Sequence record: MF459647.1
DNA: 64,000 nt
Strand: one strand, 5' to 3'
The notes under the pieces were generated by a model. It did no database searches. It was not told the origin of the DNA and worked only from the letters and a program-made list of their open reading frames with translations. The position numbers and the translations under genes are program-made. Shown here in pieces: positions 44,769 through 55,648 of this stretch (within the stretch, counting starts at the first letter, position 1; each line of letters starts with the position of its first letter).

Positions 44769-47159
44769 ATGAAAGAAATCACTGAAGTGAAGGAATTCAC
44801 TCCAATTGTCCCCTTGCTTGAACCGGGAGACAAAGTTGAAGGTGGCGACTCTGGTCCCAGTAACGCACAAGCAAAAGCGTTAGCAAACCGTACCGCCTTT
44901 TTGAAAGACGAGCAGGAAAAGCTCGATCAAAAGGTCGATAATCTTGGTCCAACGGATGTGGGCGCAGAACCAACGGGTGCTGTACAGCAAGGTGTCGATG
45001 CTCACAAACAGGAGGCCGATCCCCATACGCAGTACGTGCGTAAGGATACCGCTAACAAACCCAATGGCTATTTGCAACTTGATGATACAGGTAAGTTACC
45101 TGCTGGAGTTATCAGTACCCTTTCTGCTCGCTATCTTACTCTGGCTACTGAAGCGGAAAGGCTAGCGCTGACGAAAGCCCCTGACCTGACGATTTGTGCT
45201 CAAGTCGATAACAACACGATGTACTACCTCAATGCGAATCTAGACCCGTCTGTGAAGACGAACTGGATCACAGGGCAGTCAGCTGTTGTATCAGGTCTTA
45301 TCTCCTTCCACGGCCGTACAGGCGTCGTAGAACCCGAAGCAGGCGACTATGATGCAGACGACATCACCGAAACCCCTACCCGTGAATTTGTTACCCCACA
45401 ACAGAAGCAGTCGTGGTCCGGTAAACAAGATACACTGGTGTCGGGTGTTAACATTGCTACCTTTAATGGTAAAAGTATTCTGGGTAAGCAGGATTTAAAA
45501 CCTGCTGATATCGGGTGTGCTGAAACAGGCCACAAACACGTTCCTGATGACATCACGGGATTGAACACCCGTATTCAAACCGTAGCCGGTAACGCATTGG
45601 TGGCAGGTTCTGGTGCACAGGTGGTGTTTGACCCGGAAACCGGGAAAACCACGATTGGTATCAGTGGGAGTTCAAACGGCAGCGGATTGACCGTGATAAC
45701 CCGTAACGGGTCCACTGCAGGACAGACACACTCTTTCCTGTTGGATAAACCCAGCGACTACAGTTTGATGGCTCAGGTATTAAAAGAAGAGATCGGCACC
45801 ACGAACCAATCATACCCGGTAGATTCTTTTGATGCAGCGTCGGCTCAGTATTACGACATGACATCGGCTTTGACCTTCAACGGGGTTATGCAACCGTACA
45901 GCGGTGAACTATATACCCTTGCCCTGAATAACGGGTACTACCAGTCAGTTATTGCTGCAGATGGCGTCTCTCTCAGTATTGATGCGACAGCCGGCGACCT
46001 GTTGATTCCTACGATGACATCGGATAGTGTACCCTCTGGTTATGTCATTACCCAAAGTTCATCATACAACTCCTCGTACATGGGATGGAAAGCCTTTAAC
46101 GGTAACCCTACTGACCCGGCGAACCGATGGTCTACTACAGCGGGTGCGCCGCAATGGCTGCAGATGCAGTTACCTGTCGCCACGGATGTAGCAGCATATG
46201 TCATGCAGACCCGACCAGATACTCAGTTTGGTGGGATTCCAGCAGCCTGGACGTTGGCAGGGTCTAACGACGGCACTACCTGGACACCGGTAGACAGTCG
46301 CTCTGGTATTACCTGGACCAACAGCGAGAAGAAAACTTTTACCCTTGCCAACAAAGTCAACTACCGTTATTTCCGTTTGACCATCACAGCGGTAACAGGT
46401 AACCAAGACCTGGTCACGGTGTCGTTGTTCAACCTGATGGGCCCGCAAGGCAAAGCGATTCTGAAAGCCAGTGACGGTCATAACTACACTGCCGCTAACG
46501 GCACATTAACTCAGGTGAGTGATGATCTGTCTCTGATTGATTTCGACACCTCGGGTTTCTCTCAGTCCGGTACTATACTGGCATCAACCTTAGTAGGTAA
46601 GTTACCGATTACACTGGTCTCAAAGAACCCCATTAAAGCGCAAACTCGTTACCTGGCCAAAAACCAGATTGCGAAGATGAAGGTGGCCTTAAATGGATAC
46701 CAATGGGCAAAGGTCAACAGTGCGGCCGTTGTGTCGACCCAAACCGGGAACGGTAAAGTTCGTATTGCGGTAAGTCGAGACAACAAAAACTTCTTTGCCT
46801 GGAGTGGGTCTGCTTGGGTGAGCTTGGGTATCTTAACCAATGACGACACCAGTGCAATCACGCTCATTAACCAAGGTATGAGTCCGGCTACAATTGCAGG
46901 ATTAACGTCTACGCAATGGATGGCATTGTTCGGTGGGGATACCAGTGAACCCGATGTACTTGCTTTTGCTTACGGGTTGCAGGTTTCCTCAACAACAGAT
47001 GTGGCAAGTTTGGACTCTATCACACTGAACGTAAACAACGCCAGTTTGTGGAAAGTTCAAACGCCAACAGAAGTAGAAATTCGTTGGAACCGTAAGTCAG
47101 TAAGTTTCAAAACGGTTACCGCGGGTAACTACAAATTTATTTACCAAACTCCTCGATAA
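44769..47159 (+). CDS. Tail-fibre / receptor-binding protein with an F5/8 type C (discoidin) domain
   Basis: GGDSGPSNAQAKALANRT fibre N-terminus; HKQEADPHTQY; SFHGRTGVV; WKAFNG...PQWLQMQL...WTLAGSNDGTTWT...YRYFRL discoidin. Confidence 0.8.
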   Translation: MKEITEVKEFTPIVPLLEPGDKVEGGDSGPSNAQAKALANRTAFLKDEQEKLDQKVDNLGPTDVGAEPTGAVQQGVDAHKQEADPHTQYVRKDTANKPNGYLQLDDTGKLPAGVISTLSARYLTLATEAERLALTKAPDLTICAQVDNNTMYYLNANLDPSVKTNWITGQSAVVSGLISFHGRTGVVEPEAGDYDADDITETPTREFVTPQQKQSWSGKQDTLVSGVNIATFNGKSILGKQDLKPADIGCAETGHKHVPDDITGLNTRIQTVAGNALVAGSGAQVVFDPETGKTTIGISGSSNGSGLTVITRNGSTAGQTHSFLLDKPSDYSLMAQVLKEEIGTTNQSYPVDSFDAASAQYYDMTSALTFNGVMQPYSGELYTLALNNGYYQSVIAADGVSLSIDATAGDLLIPTMTSDSVPSGYVITQSSSYNSSYMGWKAFNGNPTDPANRWSTTAGAPQWLQMQLPVATDVAAYVMQTRPDTQFGGIPAAWTLAGSNDGTTWTPVDSRSGITWTNSEKKTFTLANKVNYRYFRLTITAVTGNQDLVTVSLFNLMGPQGKAILKASDGHNYTAANGTLTQVSDDLSLIDFDTSGFSQSGTILASTLVGKLPITLVSKNPIKAQTRYLAKNQIAKMKVALNGYQWAKVNSAAVVSTQTGNGKVRIAVSRDNKNFFAWSGSAWVSLGILTNDDTSAITLINQGMSPATIAGLTSTQWMALFGGDTSEPDVLAFAYGLQVSSTTDVASLDSITLNVNNASLWKVQTPTEVEIRWNRKSVSFKTVTAGNYKFIYQTPR

Positions 47160-47168
47160 GGTGTAATC

Positions 47169-47684
47169 ATGCGCTATTGGATTCGTCGTGACACGTTAAG
47201 TTATGAACTTAGCGAAGATGACATGTCGTTCATGGGCTATGTGGAAGTAACCAAACGTCCCGATGTCTATTCGGAAGTTTACTCGTGGTCCTTTGCAGAA
47301 GGCCGCTGGGTAGCTGACCGTGAAGCATTGCGTGTTGCTATTGCTCAGCGTCGTTTTGATGTTGAAACCGCCGGGGTGTATGTGGGTGAATACCGCATCG
47401 ACACCACTGACCGCGGTAAGTTGATGTTAATGATGGCGGCAAGCCGTGCAGAGTCTCTGCCGGAAGGCACGTTGGTGTCGTGGAAAGTCTCCAATGATTC
47501 CTACACCTCGTTCACCCCTGCTCAAATCATTGCATTAAAGAACGAAGTGTGTGACTACATCGGTCAGTGTTTTGAATACGAACGTTTGTTAGCGGACCGC
47601 ATTATCCGCCAGGATTTTGATGTTGCTGAAATCACCGTTGGGTGGCCAAGTAACGTCATTACTCTGCCTGGGGTAGCGGCGTAA
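47169..47684 (+). CDS. DUF4376 tail-fibre assembly chaperone-like protein
   Basis: IAQRRFDVETAGV...IDTTDRGK...WKVSND...CFEYE...GWP; lies between two fibre genes. Confidence 0.8.
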   Translation: MRYWIRRDTLSYELSEDDMSFMGYVEVTKRPDVYSEVYSWSFAEGRWVADREALRVAIAQRRFDVETAGVYVGEYRIDTTDRGKLMLMMAASRAESLPEGTLVSWKVSNDSYTSFTPAQIIALKNEVCDYIGQCFEYERLLADRIIRQDFDVAEITVGWPSNVITLPGVAA

Positions 47685-47739
47685 TTTGTTGTCCGGTTCT
47701 GTTGGGGGAGCCGGACAATTTCTCTTTATTGGTGATGGC

Positions 47740-50199
47740 ATGAAACCGATCAATGAATTGGATGTATTTGTACCAGAGGTTCCTCTCTTAGAAGAATCGG
47801 ATTTGGTAAAGGGCGGGGAACAAGGCCCGAGTAATGCTCAAGCACTGGCATTGGCGAGCCGTACCCATTTTCTCAATGAGCGTCGTAAAGAACTCGAAAC
47901 CGAACTCGACCGCATTGATACCGCACTCAGTGGTTTAGATGCCGATAAAGTCGGGGCTGATGCTAAAGGCACAGCAACCGGTTTGATTGATGCTCACGTA
48001 AAAGACGCAGACCCACACATTCAGTATTTAACCGATGCTCGTGGTAAACTGTTGTTTGTGGATAAAACCACCGCCAACAAACCGAACGGGTATCTGCAGT
48101 TAGATGCCAACGGGAAACTGCCGGCCGGCGTTGTAACCAGCTTATCGGCACGTTACGTTATTGTGGCTGATGAAACCGAACGACTGAAGTTAACAATCAC
48201 GAACGACCTTACCATTGCAGCGCAGCAATCTGACGATACCCTGTACTACTTAAATGCCGGGACTGATCCTTCTGTCAAAGGCAATTGGATTAAAGGTCAA
48301 TCGGCTACGGTATCGGGCGTCGTATCTTTCTTTGGTCGTACCGGGGTAATTACTGCTGAAAGCGGTGACTATACGGCTGACCAGATTAATGAAACGTTAA
48401 CGCGGTTATTTGTTTCCCCTCAAGAGAAACAGACCTGGAACCAGAAACAGGATAAGCTGGTTTCCGGTACCAACATTAAAACCTTTAAAGGACAGTCTTT
48501 GGTTGGGGCGGGCGACCTTTCATTCAACTATGCTGACTTTGGTGCAGCAGCTGAAATACACAAGCATGTGGCTTCGGATATCACTGACTTTAATGATAAG
48601 GTAGACGGGCGTGCTTCTTCTTTATTAAAGGCAGGCCAAAACATACAGCTCGTGGTTGATCCTACAACCAAAGCCGTTACCATTAATGCGGCACCACCTA
48701 ATGCGGCTTCATTGTTTGCTTCGGTTGACCGAATGGGTTCGGCTGCAAACCAGATGCACGTGATAAACTTCAACCAGGATATAACGTACAACCTGGAAGC
48801 GTATGCTTTGAAGTTAGAGAAGGGGTCGACTAACCAGGTGTATACCTTGGAAACGTTTGATCCAACTTCTGCACCGTTCTTTAACTCTACCCAATATCTG
48901 ACCTTTAACGGTGTTTTGGGTGTGGCGTATAACTGGACACCGACGCTGCGTCAAAACAAAACGCGTTATGAAATGGAATTCGATCCGAACGTTAATGCTT
49001 TATCACTGTTCTCTACAGCCGGTAAAAACATTATCCCGGTGATGGCAGGCAATGGTGGGATTAACGGTTATGTGCCGTTTGCATCTTCGGAGTACAGTGC
49101 GGACTATACAGCATATCGTGCGTTCTCCAACCTCCAGGCTGCTAATGGTGCATCAGACTGTTGGGCATCAGGTAAAGGCCAAGTTCCGTCTGCTGCTAAC
49201 CCACAATGGATAGGTATCTCTTTGCCTGCGGGCGTTAAGATAACAGCGTACAGTTTTGTGAACCGTAGTGCAGGTGCGGTATCCACACCGTCTAAATATA
49301 AACTCCAGGGCAGTAACGATAAAACCACCTGGGATGACATTGAAGCGGTACGCTCTAACACTAACGATGCAGCGGCGTTTGAGTTCTTCCATTCAGCGAG
49401 ACCTACCAAAGCCTATCAGCATTATCGTCTCTACATTACTGAACGTTATCCTAACAATCCCGACTATGACTTTGTCGTGGTTTGGCGTTTACGGTTGTAT
49501 GTAGAGAAACCGGTGGTGTTCCAGGGTGAGACCAGTGATGCTTTATACACACTGGACAGTAATAACGTATTGGTTCCGTTAACTGACATCTCTGACGCGG
49601 GTATTGAAGCACAGGGTATTTCGGTGGCTAAAAATATTCCACCGGCAAACCTGTTGGCTTATCCGTTGAAAAAGATTGTGGGACTGGAACCCTCTACCCT
49701 GAACGTCAAGCTTGTCCCGATGGAACAGATCGCCATCATGAAAGACCCGTTGGTGACGAAGCCGTTTAGTAAAATAAACGCCATGAACTACACCGCGGTC
49801 CTGTTGGAAAAGACCCGGTACGCTATCTCCCCTGACGGTGTTACCTTCTATACTTACAACGGCGGTACGTGGACGTCATTAGGGGCGTTGAAGAACGACC
49901 TGGCGTCAGCGAAGAAATTGGCGGCTCAAGGTATGATGAACGGCTTGGCAACAGGGACTATCATGACCTTGTACACCCAGCTGGGGATTAGATTCACGGC
50001 GTTCAGTTTGGCCTACGGGATTTTCCCAACGGTAGCCAACGAAGTTATCTCGGTCGACCAAACGTTGTTGAGTGTGGATTTCGCGGATACGTGGAAGAAA
50101 CAAACACCGGCTGAGGTAGAGATTCGTTACAGCTCCGGGAATATCTCCTTTAAAACGGTGGCAGCGGGAGACTACAAGCTAGTTTACCAAGTCGCCTAA
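47740..50199 (+). CDS. Second tail-fibre / receptor-binding protein with a discoidin domain
   Basis: Collinear paralog of 44769; YRAFSN...PQWIGISL...YKLQGSNDKTTW...YQHYRL; start placed at ATG 47740. Confidence 0.8.
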   Translation: MKPINELDVFVPEVPLLEESDLVKGGEQGPSNAQALALASRTHFLNERRKELETELDRIDTALSGLDADKVGADAKGTATGLIDAHVKDADPHIQYLTDARGKLLFVDKTTANKPNGYLQLDANGKLPAGVVTSLSARYVIVADETERLKLTITNDLTIAAQQSDDTLYYLNAGTDPSVKGNWIKGQSATVSGVVSFFGRTGVITAESGDYTADQINETLTRLFVSPQEKQTWNQKQDKLVSGTNIKTFKGQSLVGAGDLSFNYADFGAAAEIHKHVASDITDFNDKVDGRASSLLKAGQNIQLVVDPTTKAVTINAAPPNAASLFASVDRMGSAANQMHVINFNQDITYNLEAYALKLEKGSTNQVYTLETFDPTSAPFFNSTQYLTFNGVLGVAYNWTPTLRQNKTRYEMEFDPNVNALSLFSTAGKNIIPVMAGNGGINGYVPFASSEYSADYTAYRAFSNLQAANGASDCWASGKGQVPSAANPQWIGISLPAGVKITAYSFVNRSAGAVSTPSKYKLQGSNDKTTWDDIEAVRSNTNDAAAFEFFHSARPTKAYQHYRLYITERYPNNPDYDFVVVWRLRLYVEKPVVFQGETSDALYTLDSNNVLVPLTDISDAGIEAQGISVAKNIPPANLLAYPLKKIVGLEPSTLNVKLVPMEQIAIMKDPLVTKPFSKINAMNYTAVLLEKTRYAISPDGVTFYTYNGGTWTSLGALKNDLASAKKLAAQGMMNGLATGTIMTLYTQLGIRFTAFSLAYGIFPTVANEVISVDQTLLSVDFADTWKKQTPAEVEIRYSSGNISFKTVAAGDYKLVYQVA

Positions 50200-50221
50200 T
50201 TTTATGGTAGGTTCAATATTG

Positions 50222-50260
50222 CTCAGCCTCCCTTTCGGAGGCTGAGTACTTTCTATTTTT
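50222..50260 (+). terminator. Stem-loop
   Basis: ctcagcctcc/ggaggctgag followed by a T-rich tail. Confidence 0.65.
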
Positions 50261-50274
50261 ACAAGGCGATTCGT

Positions 50275-51144
50275 ATGGGCTTAAATCTTCGTTTTATGCC
50301 TTACACTGATGGGGATTCTGACGGGGTGGATATTTACCGAGCCACATCCAAGACCGGTGAGCGTCAGCTCATGAAGAGTCTGGCCGCTGGGATTCATGAG
50401 TTTAGCGACCACAGTGTGGAAGCCAATAAAGTGTATTGGTACTGGATACTGAACAAATCTGCTGCCAACGGAGACCGACTCAGCCAACCCATGAGTGCAC
50501 CAACGTTCATTGATTTGGGCCCCGGTCCGAAGAAACTGCTACGTGGGGATTGGGACTTCGGTTACCTGGGGTATGTCCCGGTTGCGGATATGTTCACCTA
50601 TGCTCAAGCACAGAGCGCGGCAGCCATTCAAGCAGCACCGGATGGCGGCACACTGAACGGATTCCATAAGTGTGTAGTACGGGGACGGATTATTTACTTT
50701 GGGGATGTCATTTATTCCCGCACGGTGAACCGGACCACGGTAGGGAATGCCCTGTTAGCGCAGGACAGCAATCCGTTAACCACAGCACCTCGTCTGGCGG
50801 TAAATGATTATGAGTACATCGTACGGTGCCCTTACTCTTCTACTTTATCTACTACTGCGGTTGTGGGTACGGGTGACGGGTTGGATGGCACCATCAAACT
50901 CAGTGAAGTCGGCATGCTGGCGTCGCTTATTCTGGATGCAGATACTGCTGGTAAGCTTAGTGGGAATAAGCTGAGTGATCTCGCTAATAATGGGATATCA
51001 ACCTTTTATTTCTCTAATACGTACGCTGCTAACAATGTTGTGAACGTGTTCAGTCTGGTTGCTGATGCGTCTATCGGACCTGCCAGTGACATGACAGGGA
51101 ACCGTCCATTCTGGCCTGTCTTCGAGTTAGTGCTACACGAATAA
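50275..51144 (+). CDS. Virion paralog: FN3-like N-terminus, GPGP..LLRGDW.FG, ...WPVFEL
   Basis: Motifs shared with 53837, 54780, 58325 and 59300. Confidence 0.75.
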   Translation: MGLNLRFMPYTDGDSDGVDIYRATSKTGERQLMKSLAAGIHEFSDHSVEANKVYWYWILNKSAANGDRLSQPMSAPTFIDLGPGPKKLLRGDWDFGYLGYVPVADMFTYAQAQSAAAIQAAPDGGTLNGFHKCVVRGRIIYFGDVIYSRTVNRTTVGNALLAQDSNPLTTAPRLAVNDYEYIVRCPYSSTLSTTAVVGTGDGLDGTIKLSEVGMLASLILDADTAGKLSGNKLSDLANNGISTFYFSNTYAANNVVNVFSLVADASIGPASDMTGNRPFWPVFELVLHE

Positions 51145-51170
51145 GGCTGTTAAACATACAGGTGGATTAA

Positions 51171-52922
51171 ATGAGTTTACCGAGTCGGCAACTCTTTTTA
51201 GACCGTTTTATGGAAGTAAACCGTATACGGTATAAAAACGATCCTGAAGTTTTGGACCGGTTGAACAAGCTCACTGTAAAAGACATTGTCTTTGAGGGGC
51301 TGACCGAAGACCCAAACCGACCTGGGGGGATGATTTCCAACTTCTCGGTACCTGCCAAAGCCATTGAAGCCTATGCGCAACGATGGATTCCGGTAGACAT
51401 CAAGAGCAAACACATCATCAATCCAGCAAACGTTACCAATGTCCCGACATTGAATGACGTCATTGCTGCGCAAGCCCGCGGGTTGTTTACCTATCAGGAT
51501 AATGGGTCAACCAAACTAGCGATCGTTATGGCCTTCCGTCAAGATATCCCTGTGGAGAACTTGGCGAAAGAAGTTACCAAAACCTTAAACCGCACAACCA
51601 GTTACGTCATTAAAGACGGTGACCTGCAAATAAACTTCAACGACTCCACGGATGATTATAGATTATTTGATGTTCGTAATGAGACCATCAGCGGTGAAGT
51701 AGCAGTGATTCGTCTCCCCAGTAACCTGTTAAAAGGAACCTGGTGGTTAGGCTATCTGGGTGAGTGGACACCTGATGAAGTTATCCGTCCCAGTATTCTG
51801 GCCGAAATGGTTGGGGTGCCGAATGGGATTAACCCAGACGTGGAATGGTTAAAGTTCTCAGTAGAGGGCCGCATCATTTATGTTGCCAAACGACCCATTA
51901 GCAAAATGGTCAGTTATGGTAGCCTGTCGGGGTTAAACCTGGTAGACGGTAACCGTATTGTTGATATCGATCATGAACAGTACAAGATTCGACTGTTAAC
52001 CGCAGAAGACTCTGACACGTCCGACTGGAACCGGGTGATGTACCGTGTTTCTGAAGATGACCCCACAGGAACTTTCTGGGAAGAGTTCACCGACCAAGAG
52101 TTAGGTATCAATAACTCTGATAACGGTGGGATTACCCTGTCTCGTTCTGAAAGTGGTGGGTCGGTCTACGGTCGTGGTCGTTACAGCATCACGTCTCTGC
52201 AATCTGTTATTAAAACCGCTTCTTCTCCGGCAACGGGCTGGCGTCCTGTTCTGGAACTTATCGGTGTTGACAATATTGAATACGCACCGACAGCACACTT
52301 AACCGGCGTGATTCCTGTTGAACCTGAGATGTCAGGCGGAGCATCGGGTGACTTTGTTTATGCCGTAGGTCCTGTGGCTTCACGCATGACGGAACACACC
52401 GACTTTAACGGTTACCGTTATGATGATGTCGTCTTTGCGGTGCAGGGTGTCGAGGTCTATCAGAACCAGTTAGTGCCGGCAACGGAAATTGTTGACTACA
52501 GCTACGTCGCGGTCTTCAACGTTATGTCGGTAGAGGTTAAACCTGACACGGTCGTGAAACCCACGGAAATTACAGGGTCGAGAATTCAGGACGTTGTAAT
52601 TGTACCAAATACCGTTAAGTCAACGGTTGACCCTGACTGGCTGGAGTCTGACAATAACACCGCCGTGTCGAACGGAATCATTTCAGCCGTTGCAAAACGC
52701 GGTGTTATCACTTTGTTACCAACTTCGGGTTACGCTAATACCGCTGACTCAAACAGCGTGGTTGGGGCCGTAACGAAGAAAGGTAGCTATGTCATTGCCG
52801 CTGATTTTGTAATTGAAGAGATTACGTTTAACGGCATCGACAACTGGATTCCAGAAACAGACTACGGCGATCTGTTTGAAGAAGAAGTGTATAATCCTGA
52901 CACGACATTTATGTCTTTCTAA
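51171..52922 (+). CDS. Long virion paralog (QLFLDRF domain + WRPVLEL domain + PETDYGDL tail); cassette 1 gene A
   Basis: Collinear with 55752. Confidence 0.75.
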   Translation: MSLPSRQLFLDRFMEVNRIRYKNDPEVLDRLNKLTVKDIVFEGLTEDPNRPGGMISNFSVPAKAIEAYAQRWIPVDIKSKHIINPANVTNVPTLNDVIAAQARGLFTYQDNGSTKLAIVMAFRQDIPVENLAKEVTKTLNRTTSYVIKDGDLQINFNDSTDDYRLFDVRNETISGEVAVIRLPSNLLKGTWWLGYLGEWTPDEVIRPSILAEMVGVPNGINPDVEWLKFSVEGRIIYVAKRPISKMVSYGSLSGLNLVDGNRIVDIDHEQYKIRLLTAEDSDTSDWNRVMYRVSEDDPTGTFWEEFTDQELGINNSDNGGITLSRSESGGSVYGRGRYSITSLQSVIKTASSPATGWRPVLELIGVDNIEYAPTAHLTGVIPVEPEMSGGASGDFVYAVGPVASRMTEHTDFNGYRYDDVVFAVQGVEVYQNQLVPATEIVDYSYVAVFNVMSVEVKPDTVVKPTEITGSRIQDVVIVPNTVKSTVDPDWLESDNNTAVSNGIISAVAKRGVITLLPTSGYANTADSNSVVGAVTKKGSYVIAADFVIEEITFNGIDNWIPETDYGDLFEEEVYNPDTTFMSF

Positions 52923-52935
52923 AAGAGAGTAAATC

Positions 52936-53832
52936 ATGGGCATTCGTCTCGAAATTACTAACAAAAACACCGTACCGGTAACGATTAACGTTTACCGTGG
53001 TGATCAAGAACTGGACCGTGCTAATCTCCCGCCGGCAATTGGTCAGATTGCCAACACCACCGATAACCCGGCTATCTTTAATGATAACACGGTGGTGCAA
53101 GGCAAAACGTATTTCTACGTGTTTGAAACCGTGGGACCGAAAGATCGTGCCTACACCCGTAACTTCAAAATCCAGGCGCTGGAAACCCGCGGTCCGGGTG
53201 ATAACGATCTCAAAATCGGCAACCGCAACCTGGGGTATTACGGCAACCTGTCAGCCGGTGCGATTACTGATGCCGCGTCTCTGTGCTCTGCGATCGGTTT
53301 GACCGGCCACACCGTTAACTCCTTTGCGACCTGGTACAAATTTGCGCGTAAAGGCAAAGTGCTGTTTGTGCCGAACGCACACATTGCTCGCGGTGGGATG
53401 TCGTTCAACAAACTGAAGACGCTCGGTCTGGTGGACGGCAAAACCATCACCATCGGTGCCTTTAAATATAAAGTGCGTCTGATGAGCGGTTGGGATGACA
53501 GCAAAGCGCTGGATGCGAACATGGTGGTAGGTACTAACTACAGCATGGAAGATTACCTGGACAACTCTTGCGAATTCAACGACCTGGTATATCCGCTGGT
53601 GAAGTGGACACCTAACGGTCAGCATTTGCCAGGTCTGTTCCAGCAGACAGTTACGGCGGTAACGTCTAACACGCTGCCGCTGTGCAAGGATAACGACGGT
53701 ACAAAATTTGTGCGCCGCACTATGGCGGCTGATACCCGTGCCGCTGTTTCCACCATTGCTATCGATAATACACCAGACGCTGTAAACGCTTCTTACAGCC
53801 TGCTGCCGGTTCTGGAACTCATCGAGGGGTAA
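52936..53832 (+). CDS. Virion paralog (FN3-like, ETRGPG, ...LPVLELIEG); cassette 1 gene B
   Basis: Collinear with 57432 (WYKFARKGKVLFVP vs WVKFARKGKVFFVP; CEFNDLVYPL in both). Confidence 0.8.
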   Translation: MGIRLEITNKNTVPVTINVYRGDQELDRANLPPAIGQIANTTDNPAIFNDNTVVQGKTYFYVFETVGPKDRAYTRNFKIQALETRGPGDNDLKIGNRNLGYYGNLSAGAITDAASLCSAIGLTGHTVNSFATWYKFARKGKVLFVPNAHIARGGMSFNKLKTLGLVDGKTITIGAFKYKVRLMSGWDDSKALDANMVVGTNYSMEDYLDNSCEFNDLVYPLVKWTPNGQHLPGLFQQTVTAVTSNTLPLCKDNDGTKFVRRTMAADTRAAVSTIAIDNTPDAVNASYSLLPVLELIEG

Positions 53833-53836
53833 TCTC

Positions 53837-54769
53837 ATGTCATTAGTGGTGCAATGGGAAGATATCCCAGATGCCGCTGGTTACGAAATCTATCGGTCTA
53901 AGACGAAGTTCTCTTTGAGCACGTTGCCGACCGATAAGGTTAGTGTGCCGGCTGGTGCAACGGAATACGAATACACCGACGTGGATCGCCAAACCGTTTA
54001 CTGGTTTGCTATTCGTACCCTCGACGCTAACGGAGCAGGAACCTTTGGTCAAGTCTTCCCGTTAGGTTATTTCCCGGACACCGGTCCTGGTCCTTCTACA
54101 TTGTTACGTGGGGACTGGGCGTTTGGTTTCTTTGGGGAAGTTAGCCCGAGTCTGGTAGGGACATCGGACGAAGTGTATGCTCAACTGACGCAGACAACGG
54201 CGGATAACCCCATCAAGCCTACGGTAAAAGATTTTGTTTACCTGAAATGCATTGTGAACGGGAAGATTGTCTTTATTCCTTCGTCTCCGTTTGCAACCTA
54301 TGCGGTGATGGGAACGACGGCGCATTACATCTCAATAGGTGCAACGGGCGATGCTGGGTTAGATGACAACACCGCACCGGTTATCAAACTCAAGGGACGG
54401 GATTACCGTCACCGCTTACCAAGAGCAAGCAACAGCAAATCCACAGCGGGAACTGTTAATCTGGATGTGGTATCAGACGATGTGTTAATGTCTGAGGTCG
54501 GTATGTTAGCGGCGCTCCTGTTATCGACCGCTGAAACAGACGTGTCGAAGAACCCAGACAACCGTAATGCCGCACCGTTGCATTATCGTCTCGGTGACTA
54601 TACCGATCTTGCCAACGTCATTACGCTTCATCGTTTCGCTAACTACGGTGGCGACAACAACTCGCTGTACAGTTACGTTGTTACGCCAAGCACGGGCGCT
54701 ATTGCAAACAAGGTCTGGTATTACACCGACCCGAAAGCCTACCTGCCGGTATTAGAACTGCTCTTCTAA
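53837..54769 (+). CDS. Virion paralog (FN3-like, DTGPGP, ...LPVLELLF); cassette 1 gene C
   Basis: Collinear with 58325. Confidence 0.8.
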   Translation: MSLVVQWEDIPDAAGYEIYRSKTKFSLSTLPTDKVSVPAGATEYEYTDVDRQTVYWFAIRTLDANGAGTFGQVFPLGYFPDTGPGPSTLLRGDWAFGFFGEVSPSLVGTSDEVYAQLTQTTADNPIKPTVKDFVYLKCIVNGKIVFIPSSPFATYAVMGTTAHYISIGATGDAGLDDNTAPVIKLKGRDYRHRLPRASNSKSTAGTVNLDVVSDDVLMSEVGMLAALLLSTAETDVSKNPDNRNAAPLHYRLGDYTDLANVITLHRFANYGGDNNSLYSYVVTPSTGAIANKVWYYTDPKAYLPVLELLF

Positions 54770-54779
54770 GGAGAACATA

Positions 54780-55640
54780 ATGGGTGTGAAGATTCAGTGG
54801 ATTGACCCCAATATCGATCCATTAGATACAGTAGAAATCTGGCGTTCTCCCACAAAAGCCGGTGCGCCGGTTAAGATTGGGAGTGTGGCTGGCGACGTGC
54901 GTGAGTATCAGGACGATACAGCTGAACGAAACAAAGTTAGTTGGTACACACTGACTTCAGTGCGTGGTCAAGGCAAAGCCATCAGTACACCGTTTCCGGT
55001 AGGTAACTATCCTGATACGGGTCCAGGCCCTAAAACCATCATGCGTGGTACGTGGGAGTTTGGTGTGTTCGGTGAAGTGGATGCTAACCTGCTTCCGGGT
55101 TTCAGTGAAATCCAGGAGAAGGTGGGTATCGCTCCGAACAATTCCGTGGTCCGATTCTACAAATGGATTGTTAACGGCCGCATCATCTTTATTCCATGGG
55201 GACCGTACAGCAGTGCGTTTGGTACTACTATCACTGCTGCCGGTATCATGGTGCCTCAGGGTAAAACGAATGAGGCGGGTTTGGTGATTGATCGTGAGGG
55301 GTACGGCTACAACATTCGTCCTCCTTACGCGACCAACAACTTCACCAGTGAACTAACGACCATTGCTGACGGTGGGGATGAAACCCTGAAGCTTTCAGAG
55401 TTGGCTGCAATTATGACCAGTCTGGTTGGGATGGACACGAAGTTAATGTACGGTGACATGAAGTGGGGTGATATTTCTCCTGCTGCAGCGGGCGGTAACT
55501 ATTACCTGACCAACACCTACATTAACGCCAACAACTCCACCCTGGTAGCAAACATCGCAGCGTCACCGGCGTTAGTGAGATCAGGTAGTACATCTTCTGC
55601 TCGTGGCTTGTGGCCCGTGTACGAACTGCTGTTAACATAA
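54780..55640 (+). CDS. Virion paralog (FN3-like, DTGPGP, ...WPVYELLLT); cassette 1 gene D
   Basis: Collinear with 59300. Confidence 0.8.
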   Translation: MGVKIQWIDPNIDPLDTVEIWRSPTKAGAPVKIGSVAGDVREYQDDTAERNKVSWYTLTSVRGQGKAISTPFPVGNYPDTGPGPKTIMRGTWEFGVFGEVDANLLPGFSEIQEKVGIAPNNSVVRFYKWIVNGRIIFIPWGPYSSAFGTTITAAGIMVPQGKTNEAGLVIDREGYGYNIRPPYATNNFTSELTTIADGGDETLKLSELAAIMTSLVGMDTKLMYGDMKWGDISPAAAGGNYYLTNTYINANNSTLVANIAASPALVRSGSTSSARGLWPVYELLLT

Positions 55641-55648
55641 TGGGGACA

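Noticed and set aside
4422-47740. Longer upstream starts given by the ORF track (4422, 11111, 12058, 23121, 30112, 32339, 39717, 47686)
   Set aside because: They overlap previous genes, promoters or hairpins; downstream ATG/GTG codons have proper SD spacing
12043-53838. Long antisense ORFs (2345..2938, 12043..12621, 26241..26786, 30815..31348, 32507..33016, 53251..53838 and others)
   Set aside because: They lie opposite well-supported, codon-biased + strand genes, have no SD or motifs, and are typical antisense shadows
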